Below, one piece after another: positions 32,334 through 44,703 of a DNA stretch of 64,000 nucleotides. The notes under the pieces were generated by a model, which was not told the origin of the DNA, did no database searches, and saw only the letters and a list, made by a program, of their open reading frames with translations. The position numbers were made by a program, and so were the translations under genes. The DNA comes from an uncultured Planctomycetaceae bacterium (GTDB lineage Bacteria > Planctomycetota > Planctomycetia > Planctomycetales > Planctomycetaceae), in NCBI GenBank assembly GCA_963813715.1, contig CAWFAK010000007.1, positions 320,001 through 384,000 of the forward strand, written 5' to 3'. Positions within the stretch are counted from its first letter, which is position 1. The number at the start of each line of letters is the position of its first letter.

Positions 32334-33101
32334 TCAACGCGCGTTGGCGGGTTGCTCGTAGTGGGCGAGAAAAGCGCGCGGCTGCGGCAGGTCGTTCCGA
32401 ATCGCCAGCGCCTGCTTGAATTCCGCTTCGGCCTCGGCCTGGCGCTGGTGGGCTGCCAGGATTACGCCGACGTTCGAGTGGGCGGCTGCCGGACCTAGGA
32501 CTTTGGCGAACGCTTCATAACTCTCTCGAAACCGTTCCTGTTCGCCGAGTGCCAGCCCCAAATTCACCCAGGCGCGTTCGTGCTCCGGCGATTGGGCGAT
32601 CGCTTTGCGGAATTCTTCCTCGGCCTGGCGCCACTCGCGGCGGCGGTAATAGAAATAGCCGAAGTCGTTGCGCAAGTCGGCGTCATGCGGCGCGAGCTCC
32701 AGCGCCTTGCGATACTCCGTGAGGGCCCGCGTGTCATTGCCCTGCTGGTCGTAAAGCACGGCCAAAAAGCGACTGACTTGCTGGTCTCTTGGGTTCAGCT
32801 GACGCGCCCGCTCGTAAAGCAGGATCGCTTCCTGGGCGTCGCCGTGCGCTTGCAGCTCTTTGGCCGTCGCCAGACAAGCCTCGGCCGCCTGCTTCGGCGG
32901 CAGTGTATCGGCTGGCGGCGACGCGGCGCCGGTCGGTTCGCTCGGCGCGGGATCGGCGAGACTCGCGGACGAGAGGACAGGCGCGGCGCATCCGCTCAAA
33001 CCGCCGAGAACAATCAAGCCGGCCACGCAGAGGGCAATCGAGCATGGCTTGCCCTTCACGTTCGCCTTGTTTCGTGCTGAACCAATCACGTCAGTGCTCA
33101 A
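32334..33101 (-). CDS. TPR lipoprotein (TadD/pilotin-like)
   Basis: Lipobox LSGC and several TPR repeats. Last gene of the tad operon. Confidence 0.8.
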   Translation of the reverse strand: MSTDVIGSARNKANVKGKPCSIALCVAGLIVLGGLSGCAAPVLSSASLADPAPSEPTGAASPPADTLPPKQAAEACLATAKELQAHGDAQEAILLYERARQLNPRDQQVSRFLAVLYDQQGNDTRALTEYRKALELAPHDADLRNDFGYFYYRRREWRQAEEEFRKAIAQSPEHERAWVNLGLALGEQERFRESYEAFAKVLGPAAAHSNVGVILAAHQRQAEAEAEFKQALAIRNDLPQPRAFLAHYEQPANAR

Positions 33102-33149
33102 GATGAATGCTCAATCTGAAGGCTCAATCTGACAGTTCAACCTAACAGC

Positions 33150-33773
33150 TCAATACATTCCCATTCCGCCGCCGCCTCCGCCGACGCCTCCGCCCACACC
33201 GCCACCGAAGGATGTTCCCGCGCCAAAGCCGGCGCTGCTTGCTCCGTAGCCACCGCCACCACCGGGTGCGAGGCCTGGCGAGGCGGGTGAGCGATTGCCC
33301 AGACGGACAGCCTCAGTGCCTTGAAGGCCCTCGGCTTCGGAGTATCCCAGAATGACGCGTCGTTCGGGGTCGGGCGCTCCCAGCGTCGCGAGATCGGCGA
33401 TCACCCGCTGCTTCCGCAGTTCGTCCAGTTTCGTATCAGTCGATTTTTCGACGATGACTGGAAATGGCACGCCGCCCAACTGCTGCGCGATCGCGTCGAC
33501 GTGCCGACGACCATCGGGGCCTAAGTGATCGCCTCCCTCGAACCATTCATATTGGTAGATCACGAACTTGTCTTGTTCGGCACGAAGCTTCTGCGCGGTC
33601 TGCCATTGGCAGGAATAAGTGCCCGGCGGCTGCGGAATGGCCCCTGGTGGGATGTCCGCGCAGCGATCCGTTGGGCAGACCCATCCGGTTTCGTGGCATC
33701 CGGCCGCCAGCACGATTGCGAGCAGGATCGTCAGCCAAGCGGATGACTGCATCGTTGAGTGAAGATTTCGCAT
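33150..33773 (-). CDS. Lipoprotein in tad operon (positional equivalent of CpaD/RcpB)
   Basis: Lipobox LAAGC and a Gly-rich tail. Follows the secretin. Confidence 0.6.
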   Translation of the reverse strand: MRNLHSTMQSSAWLTILLAIVLAAGCHETGWVCPTDRCADIPPGAIPQPPGTYSCQWQTAQKLRAEQDKFVIYQYEWFEGGDHLGPDGRRHVDAIAQQLGGVPFPVIVEKSTDTKLDELRKQRVIADLATLGAPDPERRVILGYSEAEGLQGTEAVRLGNRSPASPGLAPGGGGGYGASSAGFGAGTSFGGGVGGGVGGGGGGMGMY

Positions 33774-33781
33774 GGCTCCCC

Positions 33782-35987
33782 CTATTGTCCGTTCCATTGG
33801 GGCGCCGACATCGCCGGCGACGGGTTCGACTGGGGGGCCATCACGGGCTGCGGCAACTGGGTGCGACCGGTCGTGGAGATTTCGTCGGGAACGGGAACCG
33901 GCTCGATGCCCGGCACCGGACCGCAGGCGCCGCCCTGCGGACAACAGTTAAACGTCTGGCCGTGAGCGCCGATGATGAAAATGTCGTCGCAATGTTCGTA
34001 GCGTTTCTGCCGCGCACAATCGGTGCGAACCGAACTGCGGTAGTCGTAGCTGCGGCGGCTCTCCAACCGATTGAGCAGGTAGAACTCGACGTCTCCTGGC
34101 TCGAACACGTCGGCGCCTGGGAGCTGCGGCGTCGCGCAGGTTTGTAGCGGATGGACCAATTCGGGCGTAACGAGAATCACGATTTCTTGCTCGCCATGAG
34201 ACGATTGGTTCTCGCCCGCGAGCGGCCCCAGTAAGGGCAAGTCGCCGAAGAACGGCACTCGGGCCGTCGTGGCGCCGAGCGTGGTCTGTGTCAGCCCGGC
34301 GACGGCGAACGTCTGTCCGCCGCGTAGCTCGACCGTCGTCTGGAATGTGCGAGAGTTGAGACCAGGAACGCTGGTCCCGGCCGTGCCGGAGCCCGCGCCG
34401 ATGGTGGCGCCCAATCCCGGGTTGAGCGTGCTCACCGTCGCCCCGACCTGCAGCCGCACTCGGTCGCGGTCGGTAATGAACGGAATGAATTGCATCTGCA
34501 CGCCGAAGGGAATGAAGGCGACGCCTTGTGACGTCGCGCCGAAGGCGACGGCCGCTGCCGGCACCGGGAACTCGCCGCCCGCCTGGAATTGGGCCCGTTG
34601 ACCGTTGAGGGCCACAACATTCTGCTCGGCCAGCGACCGGGCGAGATTGAGATTTCGCAGAGCTTGGATGGCCAGCGTGACTTTGCCGTTGTCGATGATG
34701 GCGGGCAGGTTGCCGCCGATCAGCTGGGCCGTCGTGCCCATTCCGGTCACGGTTGTGGGGATCAGGCCGCCGGTCGTGTTGGAGAAGACTGCCGTCCCGG
34801 CGGCATTGAGGACGCTGAAATCGAGCCCGATGCTGCGAGCCGCCGTGCGGCTGACCTCGGCGACCGTCACGCGAAGCATCACTTGCTGCTCGCCGGGAAC
34901 GCGGAGCAGGTTGACGACGTTCCGGTTCACATCCCGCAGCAGAAAATTCTCGAGACCTTGCTCCGGCAAGTTTCCGTTCAAGTCCGGCACGGCCGTCACG
35001 TTAATGTTGCCGACGGGAATCTCCGCCGCACTGCGTTCCCGCTCTTGCGATCGCGATCCGCCGGGAGCGTTGGCGGAAACGACGCGGAGGATGTTGGCCG
35101 CATCGACAATATCTTTTGCCTCACCGCTGACGACCAGCTTGTCGCCCAAGAGCGCGAGGTGAACGACGCTGTTGGGGAAGGCCTTGTTGATCTCCTTTTC
35201 GAGCGCCTTGTAGACGCGCGTCCAAGCGCTCCTTTTGCTCCGGATCGGGAATGACGCGCACGAGATAGCTCAGCACCCGCGTCTGCCCCGTGGCGGCATC
35301 GTTGAACCACAGATTCAACACGCTGCTGCCGACCTGGTGGCCGGTGATCGAAAGCTCGGTGGGCGTGATGATCGTGTCGGACACGATCCTCGGATCGGCA
35401 ATCTGGGTGCGCAGCGGTGCTTGCTTGAGCACCAGCACGCGGGGCCGTCCGACGACGAGGTCCAGCGTGTTTTCCGGATCGATCGTCCCGGCCACGAACT
35501 CTTTGAATCGGTCAAGCGTCGCGGCCGAAGGACGCGGCGTCGCGCCCGAGGCTCCCAGCAAAGGAAGTCGCACTTGGCTCGGGTCAAAGGCGCCGGGCTG
35601 TGTGGCAGCCCCCTCCGCCGCACCCGGCATTGAGGGATTGGGGAGGACCGAACCGGGCTGAGTGATCGTTGGAGGAACGGACGGCGCCGGCTGATTCGCG
35701 TCGAGCTGGCTCACCGCGGCGAAAGGCGCGGATTGCGAGGGCGCCGGGGGGATCGGCTGCGGCTGAAAGGGGAGCGGAGAGGCCGCCGCGCCACGCGTTG
35801 AACCGGGGACAGCGGCAATTGTCGAGTTTGCCCCGCTCGAAGACCCCCAACCTTGCTGGCCGAGGGTCGTCGACGAGCCCGCGAACGCGCCCCAAACCCC
35901 GACAAGCGTTGCCCCGAGCAGCGCGTGACGCAATGCCCCGGAGGCACGATGCGGGAAATCAATTGTTCGTCGAAGTAGGTTTCGCAC
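33782..35987 (-). CDS. cpaC: Tad secretin RcpA/CpaC (frameshifted)
   Basis: QIADPRIV...G.S.LNLW N-domain, QQVMLRVTVAEVSR, AGGEFPVP, TTVELRGGQT, VPFFGDLPLLG and VILVTPELV. Confidence 0.9.
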
Positions 35988-36187
35988 CGAGACGCCTGAC
36001 CAAATGGACTTGGGGAAGTCCCCCCGATTTGGCACTTGAGCCAAACTGTTGCTGCGTCGTGCGCCCGCGCCTGCGCGGGACCGCCCGGGTTGGTCAGACC
36101 GATGCAAGTAGACAAAGTATCGACCGGATAAGCGGGCGAACTTTTGCCGGTTTTGATGACATTTCCGATTGCGTCGTGGCGCCGACT

Positions 36188-36581
36188 CTAAGCCAGGAAG
36201 CGCACCGACTTCGGAAGTGGCCGACCCGTCGGACTTCGCGCGAAGCTGTGTCCCCGGGTCGAATTGTGGGCCGGGCGCGGCCATTTCCAGCACCGCGTGC
36301 GTGCCTCGCGGCGCGACAACTGCCCGCCAGGGTCGAACCCCTCGACGGACGGCAAGCACGCCGCCACTCTTGTCCAGCATGGCGAGATCGAGGGGAAACC
36401 GCAGGAAGCACGTATGGATCGAACCGCACGGAACGAGCAGCAGGCCACTTCCGACTTCGGGGGCCCGCCGGAACTGCCAGCCGACGAACCGCGACCAAAA
36501 GCGGTCGGCGATGTCGCAGTTTGCGACAACCACTCGACCCGTCGCGGCGTCGACGAGTTGCCACTCGCCTCGCGCGGTCAC
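36188..36581 (-). CDS. DUF192 domain protein
   Basis: ADRFWSRFVG, PCGSIHTCFLRFPLD and VLEM motifs. The end is inferred after a probable frameshift. Confidence 0.75.
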
Positions 36582-37506
36582 AGCGAGCGCCGTATGCTGA
36601 ACTGATCAGCCAGCCGGAAGAGGTCGTAGAACGCGGGCCCGAGCGTGAACAGGATGATCCCCGGCAAGAAGCAGATCACCAGTGGAAACAAGAGCTTCAC
36701 GGGCAAGGCCATCGAGAATTCCAGCGCTTTCTCCCGTCGGCGTTGCCGCAGGTCTTCGGCCTGGCTGCGCAGCACATCCGCGATGCCGGAGCCGATTTGC
36801 TCAGCTTGAACGAGAGCCGAGACCAAAATCGTGACGGAAGTCACATCGAGCCGCCTGGCGATGCGACGCAGGCATTCGACGCGAGGCCGACCGGCGAGCA
36901 CTTCGGCTTGGAACGTGCGGAATTCCTGCACGAGCGCGCGGTCGGGCGGGTTCGACCCGAGAATTCGATCGAGAGCCGCGTCAAATCCCAGCCCGGCCTC
37001 GGCCAGCGTCGCCAACAACTCGAGCGTGACTGGCAGGTCGCGTTCGACCTGGAGGACGCGAAGGCGGCGGACTCGGCGCACGAAGACCATCGGAATAAAC
37101 GCCACGAACAGCATCGCCAGATACGGGGCGATCAAGACGACGGGGTGCGCCAAGTTCTCGAATCCGCCCGGAATTTCTGCAATCGCCCGGTCGGCGGTCG
37201 CGAGCAATCCGCTTGCCCACGCGAAATATCCGAGCGTCCCACCAATCCCGAAGGCCACGAGGGTCGCAGCCACGAATCCGGCAACGGCGCCGGCGCGGCG
37301 GAAACCCGCGAATGCTAACCATTTCGTCAGAAATCCAGGGGTTGCCCGGACCGCAGCCATCGGTGGAGCGTCACCGGCATCGGACTGAAACAGGCGTCGC
37401 TGCACCTGCTGGCGCGCCGCAAAGTGTCGCACCAAGAGCGCAATCAGCACCAGCGCCACGAGCCAGGCCAGCGTTAATCCGTAAGTCAACACCGTGACAC
37501 TTCCAT
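36578..37506 (-). CDS. tadC: Tad inner-membrane platform TadC (T2SSF domain)
   Basis: LPVTLELLATLAEAGLGFDAAL, QAEQIG and KLLFPLVICFLP. Start uncertain (37492-37506). Confidence 0.88.
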
Positions 37507-37518
37507 CGTGTTCGCGTG

Positions 37519-38385
37519 TTAGATCTTGCTGCGGGTGATCGAGGCGGACCAGGCGATGCCGACCGCCTGCAGCAACACCGCGGCGGCCACGCACCAACTG
37601 CCAACCTCGGTGGATAAGAAACCGATCATTCGGGGCGGGTCGTTGCTCCACATCAAGAGCGCGATGAAATAGGTGATGCCCATCACCGCGAAAATCGACA
37701 CCCGGGCCTGCGTGCTCATTGCCCGCATCCGGCGCGAGAGCTCGATGCGGTCGCGGATTGTGCGGCCAACCGTGGCCAGCGTCGGAGCCAGACTGCCGCC
37801 GACCTCCCAATGCACCGACAGTGCCGAGCAGAAGAGCAAAAACGTCTCGAGCGGCACGCGCTCGGTCAGGCTACGGAAAACGGTCTGCGGGTCGTCGCCG
37901 AAATGGATCCGCCCCGTGACTTCGTCGAGCTGCTCGCGGAGTGGCGGCCGGGACTCTTGCACCGCGCTCTCCAGCGCTTTCGTCAATCCGGCTCCGGCGC
38001 GGAGCGCCCCGACCATCAAGTCAATCGCGTCGGCCAGCTGCACTTCGATTTTTTGGACACGGCGTTCGGCCAGCATCGCTTCAATCTGCCATCCTAAGAG
38101 GCCGACGACGAGCCCGGCCGTCGCGCTATAAACAGGCCTGAGTCCGACCGCGAGCCAGAGCCCGCCGGCCACTCCCGCACCGATAAGCCAGGGGATTTCG
38201 TAGTAGCGGCGCGAGAACGGACGCGCCTGACGCAGCTCGATCGCCTCACCGTCGGCTTCGCTGGCCGCGGCAAATGCCTGGTCGAGACGCCGCCGGGAAA
38301 TGTTCTGCCGCCGGGCGTCAAGCCAGAGGTAAAAGATCGCCGCGGCAGCGGCGAGGAAGATGAGTGTCGAAAATGCCTCAGCCAT
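37519..38385 (-). CDS. tadB: Tad inner-membrane platform TadB
   Basis: QLADAIDLMVGALRAG, EVGGSLA and IRDRI motifs. Confidence 0.9.
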   Translation of the reverse strand: MAEAFSTLIFLAAAAAIFYLWLDARRQNISRRRLDQAFAAASEADGEAIELRQARPFSRRYYEIPWLIGAGVAGGLWLAVGLRPVYSATAGLVVGLLGWQIEAMLAERRVQKIEVQLADAIDLMVGALRAGAGLTKALESAVQESRPPLREQLDEVTGRIHFGDDPQTVFRSLTERVPLETFLLFCSALSVHWEVGGSLAPTLATVGRTIRDRIELSRRMRAMSTQARVSIFAVMGITYFIALLMWSNDPPRMIGFLSTEVGSWCVAAAVLLQAVGIAWSASITRSKI

Positions 38386-39832
38386 CGGTTCGCACGCGCG
38401 GCTTTTGAAAGATTTCCAGGGGAACGGGAATGTCGCGCTCGCGCAGGTCCTCCACAAAACGGGGCAGGATGCCGGTCGCCACAAATTCCCCCGCGACGCT
38501 CTTGCCGCGGCGGCCCCGCCGCTCGAAGCGGAAGACGTCTTGCATCTGAGGCGTGGGCCCCTCCATGCCGGTGATTTCCGCGATCGTTTCGACGCGACGG
38601 ACGCCGTCCTCATAGCGTCGCACGTGCACGACGAGATTGAGCGCCGAGACAACCTGCTCGCGAATGGCCCTCGAGGGAAGGTCGAGTCCCGCCATCGAGA
38701 CCATGGTTTCCAAGCGGGCAAGTGCGTCACGCGGACTGTTGGAGTGAATCGTCGTCAAGCTGCCGTCGTGGCCGGTGTTCATCGCCTGCAGCATGTCGAG
38801 GGCTTCACCGCCGCGGACTTCGCCGACGATGATGCGGTCAGGGCGCATACGCAGGGCGTTGATCACCAAGTCGCGAGCCGTGATGCGGCCCCGGCCTTCG
38901 ACATTCGGAGGCCGCGTCTCCATCCGGACGACGTGTTCCTGATCGAGCATCAACTCGGCCGCGTCCTCGATGGTGACCACGCGCTCGTTGTTGGGCACCG
39001 CTTCAGCGACCGCGCCGAGGAATGTCGATTTCCCGGCCCCGGTGCCGCCCGAGATCAACAGGTTCTTGCGGAGCCGCACGGCAAATTGCAAACACGTCAA
39101 CATGTCCGGAGAAAACATCCCAAGCTGCATCAGGTCGTCGCAACGAAGCCGGCGCCGACCGAAGCGGCGAATCGAAAGCGTCGGGCCGTCGAGTGTCACG
39201 GGCGGAAGCGTGGCGTTCACGCGGCTTCCGTCGGCCAATCGCGCGTCGACCATCGGCGACGTTTCATCGATCCGCCGCCCGACTCGGGCCGCGATTCGCT
39301 GGATGATCCGCACGAGGTGATCGGTATCCCGAAAGCGGACTGCCGTTTGCTCGAGCTTACCGAACCGCTCGATGTAAACCTGGTCGTAGCGGTTGACGAG
39401 AATGTCGGTCACCGCTGGATCGGCCATCAACGGCGCGAGCGGTCCGACCCCGAGCGTCTCCTCCAAGAGGTCGTCGGCGAGTCCGCGGCGCTCGGCCTCA
39501 TTCAGTGGGACGTCTTCGGTCGCCAGCACGCGTTCGACGAACGCTCGGACCTCGGTCTCCAGGTCGGCTTCGCTCGCCCCCAGCAAGCCGCGCTCGTTGA
39601 TCTCATCCAGTAGGCGCTGGTGCAGCTCACCCTTGACCGAGAGGTGCTCCGCATAACCGGACCGTAAGGGGGGCGGCTCGGCGCGGACCGGCTCTCGAGC
39701 CGCGGTGGTCCCGGGGCGCTCGACCTTGATCCGCGACTTGGGGACGATATGCGTCGCGCGTGTTAACACAAGCCGCGACCGCACGCGAGCCTCGGTCTCG
39801 GTCGGTGCTGTCGGCTCTTCGTCAGGCGTCAT
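38378..39832 (-). CDS. cpaF: Tad assembly ATPase TadA/CpaF
   Basis: [31 protein letters not shown] and AMNTGHDGS motifs. Confidence 0.96.
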   Translation of the reverse strand: MTPDEEPTAPTETEARVRSRLVLTRATHIVPKSRIKVERPGTTAAREPVRAEPPPLRSGYAEHLSVKGELHQRLLDEINERGLLGASEADLETEVRAFVERVLATEDVPLNEAERRGLADDLLEETLGVGPLAPLMADPAVTDILVNRYDQVYIERFGKLEQTAVRFRDTDHLVRIIQRIAARVGRRIDETSPMVDARLADGSRVNATLPPVTLDGPTLSIRRFGRRRLRCDDLMQLGMFSPDMLTCLQFAVRLRKNLLISGGTGAGKSTFLGAVAEAVPNNERVVTIEDAAELMLDQEHVVRMETRPPNVEGRGRITARDLVINALRMRPDRIIVGEVRGGEALDMLQAMNTGHDGSLTTIHSNSPRDALARLETMVSMAGLDLPSRAIREQVVSALNLVVHVRRYEDGVRRVETIAEITGMEGPTPQMQDVFRFERRGRRGKSVAGEFVATGILPRFVEDLRERDIPVPLEIFQKPRVRTDG

Positions 39833-39844
39833 ACGGAATTCCCA

Positions 39845-41054
39845 TCACGCGTGCGGCTCGGACTCGGCCGTGTCGCCGCGCGCCGCTTTGCCGTTAAGTT
39901 CCGGCGAAGTGATCGAGAGCACCTCGTCGACAATTTCATTCAGCCGGGTGGCGCAGCGCGAGAGGGCCCATCCTCGTCCGACATACGGACGACCGAGGTT
40001 CGCGGCCGCGATTAGCCCGCGGCTATAGGGCACAACATGGTCGACGTCGCGACCGAGCCTGAGGGCGACGTCGCTGGGCTTCAGGCAGCCGCTGTGCCGC
40101 ACGTAGCGGTTGATGACGATGCGTTGTCGGTTTCGCGGGAAGCCGACGGCATCGAGCAGCGTCAGGAGTTTCGCAATTCCCAGGAGGGTCGGCACTACGT
40201 TCTCCAGCACAACGTAGGCCTGATCGCACGAATCGACGACGGCCATCGCCACGCCGTCAAACATCGGGAAGGTGTCGACAATCACGTAGTCGTAGGCTCG
40301 CCGCGACAGAGTCAGCACGCGCGAGATCAGATCGTCATCGACCTCGGCCGCGACCATAGCGTCCGGAGGAGCGGCCAAGAGATGCAGCCCCGACGAATGG
40401 GGCGTGGCGAGTTGACGAATGAGCATCTCGTCGAGCCGATCCCGCTCGCGGGCCGCGTCTGTCAGGGTGAGCGCCGGTTCCAGGTCCAGCAGCGCCGCGC
40501 ATACCCCCATCTGCAGCGACGTGTCCACTAACAGCACCCGCTCCGGATAGCGACGTGCCAGCCCGAGCGCAGTGTTAACCGCCAGCGTCGACTTGCCGAC
40601 GCCTCCTTTGTTACTGATAAAAGTCACGACCTTGCCCCAACGAGCGGGTCCGCTCGCCGCTTGGCGCCGGAAGCGCTCGATCAGCTGTCCCAGATCAACC
40701 GCGGAAATCGGACGGCGCAGAAAATCCCGAACGCCCAACCGCAGGGCTTCGATCAACAGGGCGCTTTCCGAGACGTCGTGTCCGAATAGTTCGGGGCGAA
40801 ACGCGGCCGCCGCGAGTGTCTCGGGCGAGACGGCGGCGATATCGGTCACGACGGCCTTCAGTCGCGACGAGATCCGAACCCATTTCAAGAATCGCCAGTT
40901 GCGGCCGCCGGCTCCGCGCGAGCTCGACGGCTTGCCGCGCGTCGGTCGCGCGGAGCAGCACCAGCCCCTCGGCCTGCGACCCCAGCGCCGCCTCGCACTC
41001 CGAGGTCACCTGGGGATCGGTGCCGACGATCAGAATTTGGAAAGGGCCGGGCAT
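39845..41054 (-). CDS. cpaE: CpaE/TadZ (receiver-like + ParA/MinD ATPase; frameshift near 40870)
   Basis: Degenerate receiver domain at the N-terminus, deviant Walker A KGGVGKS, and YDYVIVD. Confidence 0.88.
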
Positions 41055-41060
41055 TGGACT

Positions 41061-42610
41061 TTAGGGCTCGAAGTTCGGACCGAGATAGTGATTGGCGAGT
41101 GCTGGGGACAACAGGGACGCGGTCAGACCGACGTTTTCGTCGAAGAGTTGCTGAATGGTCGCCTGCCCAGCCAGTTGCAGCGCCTGTGGCAGAGCGGCGC
41201 ACGAGCGACGCGGAGGCATTCTCCGCGGCAATCCGATCGGCGGGCGCATTCTGGACGGTGTTCCACGGGGCAGTCAGTGACAACTGGCCCGTCGTGTAGG
41301 TCCACTGCACGAAGCCAAAGCCCACGATCGTCCGGGGCGTCGTCCCGATCGTGTCGTAAATCGGCACGTAAACATATAAGGTCGGCGCGACGCTCAGGGA
41401 CGAATCGCTGCCCGCTCCCGTATAAGTCTGGCCAACTGTCGTGAGCTGGCTGAAATTGGCGCCGACGATGCCTGCTTCCGTCGCGTTTGTGTTTGCGGTT
41501 CCGATGGGCGGCGCGAGGTTCGAGGTAATGACACCGGTAGCCGGGTTGACCGTTGCGGTATCGGTCCCGTTACTTGCGTTCGTCGCGTTGTTGAGACTGG
41601 CCCAATAGGTCGCCGTCAGCCCAAAGGGGGCGACGCCGCGAATCCCGTTCGTCGAATCCACGGCCCCGACCGACAACACGTGGCCAATTGTCGTCGTGGG
41701 CGTGCTCCCCGCCTGCGGTCGCAAGGGAATCGTACCGGCCGCGGCGATTGCCGTCGCGCGAACGGTAATACCCGACTCGACCGTCAAGCCACCGGTGCTC
41801 GACGAGCGGGCGAGCATTGAACCTCGGCCGAAGAGGAAGGTGATGGCCGGTCCGTTCGATGCCGTGCCGGTCGACGCCATGAAATCCTCGTTCGAACGCC
41901 TTAGTCGAGCGAGAAATCCTGTCTGAGTCGCGCGTACCGGTCACAGAACCCGGAGTAAAATCGCGGCGCGAGTAGTCGCTGCTTTCGTCGGCGGTCGCCG
42001 TCGGCGCATCGTAGGACGCATTCCAACCGTAGGCGCCGGACACCAGGTCCCCGTTGGGCGTGTTCGTCGTGTTGGGCTGCAGCGTCGGCTTGTAAACCGG
42101 CGGCCCCTCGGACGGCAGAGTGATCATGCCGGACAACTGATCGCCCATTGTGTTGGTGACCGAGGCGACGGGACCCGCCCCAAATTTCTGCAAGTCGCCG
42201 TTGGCCGGATTGAGATCGTCGTCGAAAGTGACGCGACACCAGGTTGCTCGCGGCGAAGCGTCGTGCGCCGTCGATCCAGGTCTGCCACGCGGGATTGGTT
42301 GGGTCGTACGGCGTGTTGGGTTGGGGGCCAACCTGATTGGTGAGAGCCTGCGGCAGGTTGGGGGGGGTGGTCCCATTCGGTCGCCAGGCTGCCGGCAGGT
42401 CGTCCCGGAAGCGCAGTCCATCGCGAGCGGCGCTATCTGCCGCGGTCTGCATTTGCATTTGAGTCAGCCGCGCCACGCCCATGTCGGCGACGAGCCCCGC
42501 GATGGCAAACGCCGCGAAGAGAAAGAACGCGAAAAAGACGAGCACGTTGCCGCGTCGTGCGCGGCAGTGCGGACGACCGTCGGTTTAAGTCGGTTGGGTG
42601 TGGTCGGCAT
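41061..42610 (-). CDS. TadG-like large pseudopilin (multiple frameshifts)
   Basis: RRGNVLVFFAFFLFAAFAIAGLVADMG...QMQTAADSAA, followed by a Thr/Gly/Asn-rich extracellular region. Confidence 0.75.
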
Positions 42611-42618
42611 CGCTGAGA

Positions 42619-43638
42619 TCACTGGCCTTTGGCTCCCGTCAGGTTGTCCCAAAGGGACCCGCCCGATTTTCGTGCGCTCTTAGCGAACGGCTGCACGGGC
42701 CTCGCCGCGGTGTGGCGAGAATAGTCGGGGAGCACGACTGATTCGCGCTTGTCGCCCGAGATCGCATCGATTGTGGCGATGTTCGCCAGCGGGTTGGATT
42801 CGACAGTTGCGATGCCCGGATCACCGGGCTGACCCGACCGCACCACGCAACTGATCGCGACGTCGGTGCTCAGCGCCTCTTGAATCGGCGCCACTTCTGC
42901 CGGATCGACAGCGATGACGACTTCCTCGACCGGCACCTTCTTGACAAACGATCCCTGACTGAGCGTGCGGGAGGTAATCGACTTGTCATGCTGAGTGAAT
43001 TCAATCAGGACGGCATTCTTGGCGAGCACCCGCACACGGGCCAGTTTTTCCATCTGGGCGATTTGCGTCTGCTGCATCAAGCCCTTCGACAGATTCCCGC
43101 TGCCCCTGGGCGCTTCGACGGGGACTGTGGCAGTCAGGTCGATGCGGTCTTGCTGCTCGAGGCCGGCGATGCCCTGAATCTTCGTGCGCTCGAGTGTCAA
43201 TGAGACCTTTCCCGGAGGAATCGCTCCGGACATGCCCGCCCGCGTCCCCTTCGGGAAGAAATCGCGCTCCGTGAAGAGGTATCGCGGGCCCTTGTCGTGG
43301 TTCAGCACGCGGCCGATCACCTCGTTCGTACTGAGCATGGCTTCCTTGGGGATTTCGCCCTCCGGGACCGGGACGAAGGCCCATTTCCCGGTTCTGGGAT
43401 CGATCAGATGGTCGCGCGTGATCTTCGTGTAAGCAGGGATCTTGGTCCAGCTGGCCAGAACCGGCACGTGACCCGGAGGAAGCTGGTCGCGATGAGAAAA
43501 CCAGGCTACGGGATCGACCTTTCCAAACGCCCAGAGCGTGCCCACGGTCCCTGCGGCAGCTAGCGGGACGAACAAACAGATCAACACGACGACAATCCAG
43601 CGCGAGGAACGCTGCGCGCGGGAGCGGGCGTAGGGCAT
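42619..43638 (-). CDS. cpaB: CpaB/RcpC-like SAF-domain protein
   Basis: N-terminal TM, SAF-like IPAYTKITRDHL...VIGRVL, IPPGK, G.....DRIDL. Located in the tad operon. Confidence 0.78.
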   Translation of the reverse strand: MPYARSRAQRSSRWIVVVLICLFVPLAAAGTVGTLWAFGKVDPVAWFSHRDQLPPGHVPVLASWTKIPAYTKITRDHLIDPRTGKWAFVPVPEGEIPKEAMLSTNEVIGRVLNHDKGPRYLFTERDFFPKGTRAGMSGAIPPGKVSLTLERTKIQGIAGLEQQDRIDLTATVPVEAPRGSGNLSKGLMQQTQIAQMEKLARVRVLAKNAVLIEFTQHDKSITSRTLSQGSFVKKVPVEEVVIAVDPAEVAPIQEALSTDVAISCVVRSGQPGDPGIATVESNPLANIATIDAISGDKRESVVLPDYSRHTAARPVQPFAKSARKSGGSLWDNLTGAKGQ

Positions 43639-43707
43639 GGTTCACCTCTTACGACGTGATCGAGCAAAAGTGGATTTGATCAAGATGGGAATTCATTGTT
43701 TGGCGCG

Positions 43708-44703
43708 TCAGGGACCAAAAACCTCGCGACGGATCACCGCCTGCGCGGACATGACGCGGCGAAAGGGCCGCACGGTTTGCAGGTAAAGCCCCATTTCGCC
43801 CATCCCGTAAGTGCCGCCGTACGGACCGGCGTAAGCGGCGCCCCCTTGGTTGTCGGGGGGCGGCGGATCGGGCGCGACGGGCGTGCCGCCTCCCGGAATC
43901 GCGTTCGTCGCCGTCACACCTGCGTCGTCGGCGAGCATGGGACTGCCGGCGGTCGGCTCCGCTTCGCCGTTGGCATCCAGCGCGGCCGGTTGATAGCCGG
44001 CCATCGTCGCAGCCTGAAACGGATAATTCAGCCGGACGGCAACCACCCCTCCGGGCATTCCGGACGGAGGCGTCGAGGCGACGCTGAAGGCTCCGTTGCC
44101 ATTGGAATCGGTGATCTCTTCCAAGACCGCGTGCCACTCGATCGTCTCCGGCCCCACGCCGGACGGGCTGACGACGAGCGGAACGGCCACCGTAAAGCCG
44201 CTGTAGCCGGGCTTGGGGGTTGTGGAAGTGCTCGTGATCAGGGCGCCGGGATAGCGCAAGAGCGGAACGCCGCCGACTGTGTCGGAAATCATCATCGGCA
44301 AGAGCGCCTGGTTCACCGACGGCAGCGTAATCCCTTGGGCGGCGAAGAAGTCGAAGATCGACTGGCCCGACTGCATGGCGCTGAGGTTGATCGCCAGATA
44401 ATTCGGATCGTAGACGCCGTCGATCACCTGCTGGTTGGCGAGTGCGTCGGCGAACGTGGCGGTCGAGGGCAACGGCACGCGGGACAATTCGCGGGCCGCC
44501 ACGTCGACCGCGGTTTGCAGCGTTTGCGTCCCGGTGAAGAGCCGACCGAATTCGACGATGGCCACGACAAGCAGGTAGATCACAAGGAAGATGAGCGCGA
44601 ACTCGAGCACAGCCTGGCCGCGGCGCCGAGTCGATTTCGCGTGTGCTTTGGCCACGCCGGTTTTTGGCAACCGGCGTGACGGCTCTTCACAACACCGACG
44701 CAT
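43708..44703 (-). CDS. TadE-like pseudopilin (long)
   Basis: RRRG|QAVLEFAL...EFGR...AARE motif. Confidence 0.85.
   Translation of the reverse strand: MRRCCEEPSRRLPKTGVAKAHAKSTRRRGQAVLEFALIFLVIYLLVVAIVEFGRLFTGTQTLQTAVDVAARELSRVPLPSTATFADALANQQVIDGVYDPNYLAINLSAMQSGQSIFDFFAAQGITLPSVNQALLPMMISDTVGGVPLLRYPGALITSTSTTPKPGYSGFTVAVPLVVSPSGVGPETIEWHAVLEEITDSNGNGAFSVASTPPSGMPGGVVAVRLNYPFQAATMAGYQPAALDANGEAEPTAGSPMLADDAGVTATNAIPGGGTPVAPDPPPPDNQGGAAYAGPYGGTYGMGEMGLYLQTVRPFRRVMSAQAVIRREVFGP

Noticed and set aside
35121..36581. Apparent DUF192-secretin fusion
   Set aside because: The junction is low-quality sequence, and an alternative frame ends DUF192 at 36188. Likely a frameshift artefact.
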